The notes under the pieces were generated by a model. It searched no databases. It was not told the DNA's origin and saw only the letters and a list, made by a program, of their open reading frames with translations. DNA of 20,000 nucleotides from Priapulus caudatus. Lineage: Eukaryota. Position numbers and translations under genes: made by a program. This document shows positions 10,368 through 20,000 of this stretch, one piece after another. The stretch spans positions 448,576-468,575 of the forward strand of contig NW_014577077.1 in NCBI RefSeq assembly GCF_000485595.1, in the 5' to 3' direction. The first letter of the stretch is position 1, and every line of letters starts with the position of its first letter.

Positions 10368-10937
10368 ATGTCACAGTCACGATATTTACATATTATATTA
10401 GGTTTCCAGGCTTTGTTATTATTAGCAAATGGTGGCCATAAGGATAGTGATGGTGATGACGCTGGCGATGGCGATGTTGATGATTATGGCGATGTTGATG
10501 ATTATGACGATGTTGATGATTATGACGATGTTGATGATTATGGCGATGTTGATGATTATGGCGATGTTGATGATTATGACGATTTTGATAGTGTTGGCAG
10601 TGGCGATGACGATGGCAATGTAGATGGCGAGCGCGGTAGCGATGGTGTTGTTGGTGGCGATGGGGATAGTGATGGTGATTACGCGCACACGCACACGTAT
10701 GCACGCACGCACGCATGCACGCACGCCCGCAGGCACGCACGCATGCAATCAGGCACACGCACACATGCATGTCTACGTGCATATTTACTGACTCATTTCC
10801 TTCCCACGCGAGGGCGATATGACAGTCGTGCCTACTATATATCCACAATGAAACCGAATACTAGCGGAAGGCCACTTTGGTACCGTGGATGTTCGTTTTT
10901 TTTGTTTGCATTTCTTTTACATGCAATTCTGTTTTGA
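10368..10937 (+). CDS. Candidate secreted Asp/Gly/Tyr-rich repeat protein (may be a chance ORF through a minisatellite)
   Basis: 189-aa ATG ORF. MSQSRYLHIILGFQALLLLANG is signal-peptide-like and is followed by ~85 aa of D/G-rich sequence with six (G/D)DVDDY repeats. The C-terminal half runs through a (GCAC)n microsatellite and looks non-coding. Confidence 0.2.
   Translation: MSQSRYLHIILGFQALLLLANGGHKDSDGDDAGDGDVDDYGDVDDYDDVDDYDDVDDYGDVDDYGDVDDYDDFDSVGSGDDDGNVDGERGSDGVVGGDGDSDGDYAHTHTYARTHACTHARRHARMQSGTRTHACLRAYLLTHFLPTRGRYDSRAYYISTMKPNTSGRPLWYRGCSFFLFAFLLHAILF
10470..10577. repeat. 18-bp minisatellite GRCGATGTTGATGATTAT x6 within a degenerate (GAT/GGC) tract (10443-10680)
   Basis: Six contiguous units start at 10470, 10488, 10506, 10524, 10542 and 10560. 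They differ only at position 2 (G,G,A,A,G,G). Confidence 0.95.
10684..10770. repeat. Degenerate (GCAC)n microsatellite
   Basis: GCACACGCACACGTATGCACGCACGCACGCATGCACGCACG seen directly. Confidence 0.8.
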
Positions 10938-12915
10938 TGAGATTTAAACTACCCACGCGGGGTGACTACATGAATCGCAGCATTTCCTACGACTTTCCAG
11001 GGCCGGTTCGTGCAGCAACTTCGCGTAGATGACGGCGGCATAAATGATTACTAGTTTTTACCTCATCGGTGACGCAAGCAGAGCATGTGCTGTCGGGTAT
11101 TCGCCTAGCCCTTGGGAAATTGTGCTTGCTCGTTGCTGGCGATATTACTATGCTCGATTTATAACACGCGTCTGCTTCACGTGCGTATAGTTTGTCGATA
11201 TTAATAGCACAGCCAGCAGATCACTTGCCGTATTTAGCCCAGGAAGCAATCAAATGTTTGGGGAGTAGTTACAGTCCGGTGGCGTTAGCGCCATGCCATC
11301 CCGCTCGTCACTCATCACTCGTCACTGGCTATTTCATACGCCAGTATATTGCCTCACATCTCCCCGCGCGCTCTCTTTGACCATATTGAAAGCTTTCGCG
11401 CGCACTTTATTTTCGGGATCGGAATAAAAACCGCAATGGTTTATGAGGCTGATGTATAAATGTCGGATGCGTTATAGCGAGATTGCCGTCGCGCTTTGCA
11501 CATTTGGCGCGTTTATGGACGAATAAAGAGAATTTAAGCATTAGTGGGATTAGGTACAGCGTTGATTGCGATTTGTTTAAACTTCAATGCGGGTATGTTA
11601 TAGTCTGTAAACCATCATATATTTACTTTCAATTTCATGAAAAACATTGCCAATAGTCCAACAAGAGCTCTCCCACTAATAGGCAAGCGAGGTTGATCGA
11701 ATCAGCTAGTTGTCCGAATTGCGATTAAGTTGTCAGTAGGCGTAAATGTTGACAGCACATGAATACGAGTCCCACTTTGCTCAAATAAACGGAAAATCGA
11801 TGGTAATTAAATAACTGCCCTATCGGGATGGCTTAATGAACGCGTTCCCTTCGGGTTCAAGAACAAACTAACGCTCTTTGAACGTGGCTGATCAGATTTG
11901 TTTACCAAGCATTCAATTATCGTGCAAACCCTGCATGTAATATGACGAGCTGGAATAAATAACCCTGCGATGCCGCATGTGCATGTGAAACGTTGATAGG
12001 CTGTAGAAATGTCATTTTCTGAAGGCGCGTGCCATCTGACTTGTCGTTTCATCTTGACATCAATCCAGAAATTTCATTTATGTTCTGATCCAAAATTATC
12101 TTTTAGGATTTCGAGATTCATCAAAAATATCCGCATCGCGTATTTTCGACAACGGAGTGATTTGTAAAAGCTGCAGTATAGGCGTATGCATTCTCATAAA
12201 AAATCTAGACTACACAATATAGACTATCTCTATTATATATTGCTAAAATGCGTACCAGGTGCAGAGATATACCTGAATATAATACACTTCCGTATTTCGG
12301 CAAACCCGCCAGCACGCTGCAAGAAAATAATATTAGGAATGTATAAGTTGTCACATGCTCCATGTGTAGAATAGTTAATAATACTAACAAAATGTAGGTG
12401 CTAGAACGATTCTATCATGGATAGGGAATACCGTACAGAGGAAATCGTTTGGAAACCATGCACCACAATATCATGACACAACACGTTTCAGTGTTACATT
12501 TCGTAGCCAGCCCCAAATGTCACCCAAGACAGTGTCGTATTCGCGTCGCCAAAGTCCACACCATATTTTTTTCCCATGCTTATATTGAGTATATGAATAC
12601 ATTGAAAATTGTTGGAACTTGGCAATTTCAAGCTTGAGTAAGTTGTTCGGTAGCTGAAAGTAGTGTACTGCTTTTAACAGCGGCCGTTTTTAGTGCCACT
12701 TATACGCGTAAAAAGGACAGTGCTAAAACGCATATGCATTGAGGCACTTGTGGCTAGTCATCTAGATGTAACGCTGCTACATGAATGCGCAAGTCCACAT
12801 ACTGCGACAGACGTGTTTGTAGTTAGTAGCCGCTATCATCGTATTGGTGAGCATATTTCTTTGTGTGTAACTAATTATAAATCGAGCATCCACCGCCAAA
12901 TTACGAACGACGCAC

Positions 12916-13570
12916 CTAGTACTAGAGCTTGTGAGCTGTGACCACTACGACTCTCACCAGCGGGAGCGGTTCCTCTCATGGCAGCACAATGCCTCGTGGA
13001 CATCGCGCCCCCACGCACTTCGCGGGCACACGCTGTGACCTTAGCGGCCGCACAGATCACTCCGATATGAAATAGCGATGACCGCGCTCCAGCTACCAGA
13101 GGTCTTGGTGCAGCGGAATTCCCCGATGATTTACCGGCCAATTACACGCGCTTGGCTTCTAGAATCTATGCGGATCTAGGATCCTGCACTTGATTAGTTT
13201 TCTCGATTTACCAGCTAAACCCGGCCTCCTCGCTTCGCTCGTAATGCGTTGTAATTACCCGCATTACGTCAACGGTGTCCGGAAATGTTCGCGGCCTCGT
13301 CTAATGACACGAACGCAACAATGGACGTCAAGCAGCGACCCAGATCCGTAACGAAGTCATCGCTGCTGCTGCTGCTGTTGCTATTAAGAGCGCGAACCGC
13401 CCGTGGAGGAATAGCCTGCTTCACGCGACGGCACGGAGAGATCTCTGGCGGGCGAAGAGAAACTACAGTTTGGTTGTCCATTCTTGTAGAATCATCCACG
13501 TCGTAGTTGTCTGATACCAGATTAGGCGTTCCGTTCACGAAGGCAAAACGTTTACGCGCCGTGTCAGGGG
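12916..13570 (-). other. CpG/GC-rich unique segment; candidate 5' exon
   Basis: Clearly more GC/CpG-rich than its flanks. The minus strand has ATGs at 13003 and 12979 (GCCATG context) in frame up to an AG|GTGCGT donor at 12916/12915, giving MSTRHCAAMRGTAPAGESRSGHSSQALVL (phase 1). No homology recognised. Confidence 0.22.
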
Positions 13571-15220
13571 TTTAGATTCGCTGGTCATCGCTAAATAACC
13601 GGGCTACAGTTATAGCATGCTTTCGTTGACAGTCTCCTAAAAGACAGTTGCGTATAATCCCCTGTATGCGATTCGAGTAATTTAAGCTGTATTAAAATGG
13701 GCGAGTATAGAGTGATAGCAAGCGGCAGTTACGACTTGTGTCTTTTTTCTACGTCCCCTATACGCGCTACCGGATAAACTGTTTTTCTAACCTACATTTC
13801 TGAAGTAAATGTTTGGTTTATAGAGTGATTTATTAACTAGCTTCTAACGTTGACATTTGGATATATTTAAACTAGCTTTCTTCACCTCCATAACTATTGG
13901 TTACAAGTTCTAATATTTGATGTTTATATCTGCTCATTCATTTATCCGTGTAATAGCTTTACATGGATACTTGACTAAATTAACATTTTAAAACTTGCAA
14001 ACTTATAAATCATGCATCTCTACTGCTATATATTTTAGATCCATGATGTCATACTGAAGCTGTCACTGTGAAATTAGGTAAAGCTTGTCATAAGTACATA
14101 TACATGACGGGTTTATGAGCGCACGACTTCGTAGGCCTACACTATTTCCAATTATTAGACAGTTTTTTTACCAGCTGACACAGTGTTACAGGTAATACAC
14201 GGTTCCTGTAGGGACATGCCTGACAGGTATACTCTACTTCAACGTTCTTAGTATCCTGATTTCTTCCGTTTGCTTGTTAAATATATTTTGAGTGACTGGT
14301 CCATGCTACTGTGACGTTGTTTGTATGTTGTAATCTATGTACTAAAACGAAACGTACATTCTACTGAACGTATTATTTTGATGTACACAGTTGCCATGCA
14401 TGGTATCTTCATAACGTTAAATACTGGTTAATATATACTAAAATGAAGCGGGTCTTCTACCCAAATATATTATTTTAATGCGCTTGTTTACTCTTTTTAA
14501 GTCTAAAACTACTCGTAACATACTGGGCTGTCATACTTCACAGCTATTAAACAACACATCTAGCAAGAATCTAAAAATGACAATAAAGGATCAATATGAT
14601 TAAAGGACGAGTAACATATTTCTTGTTTCACGTTATCGATCTCTCGCGTGCGATCTCTGCGAATGTCAAAAATGCTACTGCTATGCATTGAACATGCGCA
14701 ACCCAATGCCAGATGAGTTTCAATGTCGTATCACCCAATACCGACAACACGACAGGTAGTTACCAAACAGTAAGGTTTACTATACTTTTATTCTTACAAT
14801 AAAGATTGTTGGTTCGAAAACATTCAATACGAGTTGAGAGTCTACGTGATTTTTGTCGCGATTTTGGTTGAATTTACGCGATATGCCAAGAGAGAATTAT
14901 TGCAGCCCAACTGTGATCCTGCTTTTACACGAGCTTTTCGAATGTACGTTAAACCTCGTTCAGTGTACCTCCGCTTCCCCATTCAATGCCCGCTACAGCA
15001 CGTGTGAGACAACAGCTAGCATACAAGGTTTCCCCTGACGAAGGCGATGCTGCTGCCCGCGGTAACTACGGCTGTCTGTGCGTAGTAAAGGTTAGTAAAT
15101 AACTTCTCAGGTCGCTGAAACGAATCAAAACAAACCTTAAAAACCGATAAAATTACGCGAATGACCTCGCTTAGGGATATAAGGTCTAGCCACATGTGAA
15201 GCAGTATTATTATCTCGCAA

Positions 15221-15234
15221 TCTCTCTCTCTCTC

Positions 15235-15288
<54 letters not shown>

Positions 15289-15334
15289 TCACTTTCTCTG
15301 TCTGTCCGTATTTCTCGCTCTCTCTCTCTCTCTT

Positions 15335-15399
<65 letters not shown>
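15221..15399. repeat. (CT)n microsatellite, interrupted
   Basis: Seen directly. Confidence 0.97.
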
Positions 15400-15403
<4 letters not shown>

Positions 15404-15503
15404 CTCTGCCCGTCTTCCCTGCGTTCTATCTCACGCACACACGCACAAACACGTGCACAGACAGGCGTTCCCACTCATACGCACACAATCCCACACGCCC
15501 GCG

Positions 15504-15823
<320 letters not shown>

Positions 15824-15869
15824 CGATCTGGCTAATTCATCCGCTCTTCATCGTTTCCCCCTACTGACC

Positions 15870-16170
15870 GAGCCAGTAATTTAGCCAATATGCTTTCGTG
15901 CGGCTCGGCGGAGCAGCGGTGGGCGTGGATCGCGCCGCGGCGGGCCGCGCCAGATCACGGCTGATTCCCCGAGCACGGGCGTGATGTATTAGCTCGTCCG
16001 TGCGGACGACAGCGTAGGGACCGCGGCACGATGATGATTCATCCCGCCGCGTAGCCGAGTAAACAAAACAGATCTGTCAGCGTTACACGTCTCTGGCTTC
16101 AGCTCGACGTCACGTGCCGTCCGATGACGTCAGGCGACGATGCCTGGTCTGCGATTTCAAGTAGGTTAGT
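15870..16170 (+). promoter_or_regulatory. CpG-rich promoter/enhancer-like segment
   Basis: AGCCAAT (CCAAT box, ~15883-15889), GGGCGTGG (GC box, 15921-15928), GTAAACA (Fox motif, ~16059-16065), CACGTG (E-box, 16111-16116), full CRE TGACGTCA (16125-16132) and a possible donor AG|GTTAGT at ~16164, all within a CpG-dense stretch. Confidence 0.35.
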
Positions 16171-17817
16171 CTCGGCTTACAGGAGGCAGTTGCCTGAAGC
16201 AATCTTCCAGGCGACACACTGCTCGCGCACTCGAGCAACTGAAATAAGTTAGATATAGCTATCTCTGAGCTAAATCCAGATGCATGCATGCCTGGCGAGA
16301 GATTTTTTGCGCGTATTTCAGAGCATAACGTTTACCGTTCGGTATAAAAGTTACCTCCATCATAGCGTTCTGTCGTCGATCAGTCGGGCCGCTAGCATGT
16401 CAGGATATTTCCCATCGAGTTTTGGTTTAAAGTAATAATTTGAAACAGTCTTCCTGATCGTTTTTTGTATTTTTCTGACTACTGCAATACTTACTGGTAT
16501 TGCTTGCGTAACCGCAAGTATTTAAAGTAAGGCTAACATGTCGTAGAATACTCGTTTTTTTCGTAAAGATATACAGCGATTGAAATCTGTTTATTTATAT
16601 CGTGTTGACGTGGTTACATAATAGTGTCATGCACTTGTTTCGCGCGAGACCCTGTCCATGTACTTCTACACGGTAACTTTAATTAAGCAATAGAGTTGCT
16701 GTACTAGTCTAGAAATATTACGTCACCTAATTAATGAGATGCACTTTTTTCTAGTGGTTGCCGATTTCAAGAGAATTTATGAATGTATGTGAATATGCAC
16801 GAATGAACTGATGTGGCTGCATTATTTGCTATTTTATATACCATAACAGCATAAACTCATCGCAATTTTTATACGATCGATATCGATATCGATAGTGCAG
16901 TTATTTATGAAATAATTCCTTTAAAGTACAAAGGTACTTTCTCTGATAAGTAATCACGCACATGACGTCATCGTCTAATTAGGCGTTTAGATCGCTCATT
17001 CTGTTTGTCGCCGGCGGCTAGATATTACCGCTCGATGCATTCTCAAATGACTCTCGCATGAGAACATCGCTATGAAAATCTACGCTACTAAAATTCGCTT
17101 CTCTTCTGCCGACGCGTCACTCTACCCTTGACCTTGAGCGCTGACCTCTGACAATGATCTGCGTACTTGCGTGCATGTTCGTGCATGGTACGTGCACAAT
17201 TGCCAATCGTAATCGCATGTTCGAGAGAGTCGCTGCATTCATCATTAGTCCGTTGATCATTTAATCAACGTGTTTCCCGGTGTACTGCGCGACGTATCGC
17301 ACAGCCTCTTCTCATTGCTTTATATTTCATTGCTTATAGCTTCATGCATATAGCTTTCTGCGTGTATTTCAGGCGTGCCGCTGCTAATTTTAGATGGTGC
17401 CTCCGCGTCTTACAGTGTTGTCACAGCTGTCATCGATTTTTCTTTGAATTATGTTATGACTGCTGCTACAGCAAAGCTACCGTGCCAGCCTATGCGGTAA
17501 ACGACTTTCTTATTTACGTTAGTTACCGCCCTCACATAGCCAACTATGTGGTTTAATGCTGAACATGACGGTTGATATGCTTTGTAGATGATTCACGAAG
17601 TGATCCTCCCCAGAAATGCCAACGTCATAACTCCATCTGCGACAAACGCGTTAAATTCCAATCTTGATCTGAATCGGAACCTTCCAATAATGGTAAACAG
17701 ACGAGCCATCCATCGGTTAGTTTTATTACCATTATTGCTTAGAGGTCGATGAACCATGAAGACACGTTTACGGTGAACTTCTATTTAACCGACAACAACC
17801 AACAACAAACACGCGCG

Positions 17818-17850
17818 GATCGATCGATCGATCGACCGATAGATAGATAG

Positions 17851-17885
<35 letters not shown>
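17818..17885. repeat. (GATC)n-(GATA)n-(TA)n compound microsatellite at the left gap edge
   Basis: Seen directly. Confidence 0.9.
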
Positions 17886-18546
17886 NNNNNNNNNNNNNNN
17901 NNNNNNNNNNNNNNNNNNNNNNNNNNNNNNNNNNNNNNNNNNNNNNNNNNNNNNNNNNNNNNNNNNNNNNNNNNNNNNNNNNNNNNNNNNNNNNNNNNNN
18001 NNNNNNNNNNNNNNNNNNNNNNNNNNNNNNNNNNNNNNNNNNNNNNNNNNNNNNNNNNNNNNNNNNNNNNNNNNNNNNNNNNNNNNNNNNNNNNNNNNNN
18101 NNNNNNNNNNNNNNNNNNNNNNNNNNNNNNNNNNNNNNNNNNNNNNNNNNNNNNNNNNNNNNNNNNNNNNNNNNNNNNNNNNNNNNNNNNNNNNNNNNNN
18201 NNNNNNNNNNNNNNNNNNNNNNNNNNNNNNNNNNNNNNNNNNNNNNNNNNNNNNNNNNNNNNNNNNNNNNNNNNNNNNNNNNNNNNNNNNNNNNNNNNNN
18301 NNNNNNNNNNNNNNNNNNNNNNNNNNNNNNNNNNNNNNNNNNNNNNNNNNNNNNNNNNNNNNNNNNNNNNNNNNNNNNNNNNNNNNNNNNNNNNNNNNNN
18401 NNNNNNNNNNNNNNNNNNNNNNNNNNNNNNNNNNNNNNNNNNNNNNNNNNNNNNNNNNNNNNNNNNNNNNNNNNNNNNNNNNNNNNNNNNNNNNNNNNNN
18501 NNNNNNNNNNNNNNNNNNNNNNNNNNNNNNNNNNNNNNNNNNNNNN
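17886..18546. other. Assembly gap (661 N)
   Basis: Run of N bounded by microsatellites on both sides. Confidence 0.99.
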
Positions 18547-18702
<156 letters not shown>

Positions 18703-19817
18703 GAGAGTAGCTTGTAATTATTAGTAGACGCGTTCTACTGATTAGCAGTCGATGTGGTCCGAGGGAAGAGAGAGAAATAGAAAAAGCACGTAGGAAGGGT
18801 CATCGGGAGGGCAGAAGACAGTGAGAGACCAACAGAGATGGTCGTAGGCGTATAAATTGTATGTGCGAAGTCTATAATAAAAGTCACCATTTCTACACCA
18901 TACTGCTGCTGCTGCTGCTGCAGCGAACAACACTAAGAAAATACAACAATAACAAAGGATATACGTGCTCACGGCTACCCTCCTCGCGAGATGTCGCGTT
19001 ATCTCAATCAATTAGCTGATTAATTAGTATCTCGCGAGAGTTCCTGAAAAAGTATGTATAGTGGGTAACCATGAGCAAACTTATCAGGCGCTACCAGTTA
19101 CGATTTTTTGCAAGCAAAATCATGAGATTCAAGTTTAACTCCATCCATTACGGACAAGAGAAATTGCAAGTAACATGCGCGTTTCCATGCGTATCATACG
19201 CGTACCATGTATACCACAGTACATGAATGGTAACACTATGCTGTCTTGACCTGCTAGTGTGTGGTCGTATGTGGGAGTACAGACGTGTCGAAAATACTAA
19301 CGGAATAATATGATATATGACATATATACTGATTTCTATTTTGAGAGCGAAAACGGCATACATATGTCACGTAAATGTAATCTGAAACTTGATTGGCGAA
19401 ATAGTGTGACTCCGTCCTGAATTGACTTTCATTACATATGCAAATATGAGTTCGCACTGAATGACACATCTGTTGGAATAATACTCTAATAGATTTATCT
19501 TTTTCATTAGTATAGCGTTATCTGCGGTCATTGCAGGCAACGGTGAGCTGAACATGATGACGTTCGTAGGCAATATAAAGGCTGACGTAAATCTGACTAA
19601 TATAGCGATAACAAGGAGTATTAATGAAGGTATTACTGGTAGAAGGTTGCTGTTCAAATATATATTGAAAATTGCTACTATGTACTGAAGGGAAGTTTAG
19701 TTTCCACGAAATAAATATGAAAATAAATGATGTGTTTCCTACATATAATCGAGTATATCGAGTGTCGAGTATAAATTTATACCACGTGCGACCTGTGCAT
19801 GCACGCTCATCCACACA

Positions 19818-20000
19818 CCCATTCGCCCATTCACCCATTCACCCATCCATCCATTTATCCATCCATCCATTCCTCCAATCACCCGTCCGTCCGCCTGTCT
19901 GGCCGGTCCGTTCGTCCATCCATCCATCCATCCATCCATCCATCCATCCATCCATCCATCCATCCATCCATCCATCCATCCATCCATCCATCCATCCATC
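19818..20000. repeat. (CCAT)n microsatellite with a degenerate CCCATTCA/CCGT lead-in; runs off the window end
   Basis: Perfect (CCAT)n from ~19916 to 20000. Confidence 0.97.

Noticed and set aside
10470..10577. Regular short repeats considered as a CRISPR-like array
   Set aside because: Contiguous tandem units with no spacers, in a eukaryotic context with no cas genes.
13285..13506. Plus-strand ORF with a poly-Leu 'signal peptide'
   Set aside because: The hydrophobic run is a (CTG)n repeat, the ORF ends after 73 aa, and no convincing donor site is present.
19367..19657. Minus-strand ORF with a hydrophobic N-terminus
   Set aside because: Non-ATG start; the hydrophobicity is explained by AT-rich composition.
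19739..19999. MDGW-repeat ORF
   Set aside because: Translation of (CCAT)n.

Overview
Eukaryotic, probably invertebrate metazoan, genomic DNA. It is mostly non-coding, retains CpG, is rich in microsatellites and has a 661-bp assembly gap (17886-18546). I recognise no intact protein-coding gene, rRNA, tRNA or known miRNA, and most ORF-track entries are chance ORFs or repeat translations. The best-supported structure is a nest of mobile elements at 9011-10157. The outer element is a ~1.15-kb non-autonomous DNA transposon with an exact 9-bp target-site duplication (TSD) and degenerate terminal inverted repeats (TIRs) built from 16-bp-period subrepeats, consistent with a Mutator/MULE-like family. 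Inside it are (i) a 5'-truncated non-LTR retrotransposon 3' end with a zinc-knuckle remnant, an (AAG)n tail and a 12-bp TSD, and (ii) a perfect ~50-bp hairpin whose relative recurs at 1869-1930. Other items are two copies of a ~156-bp hAT-like MITE, higher-order minisatellites, an ORF with a signal-peptide-like start and an Asp-rich 18-bp repeat, an internally inverted (GATA)n array, and two CpG-rich promoter/first-exon candidates. All family assignments come from motif recognition, not database searches.
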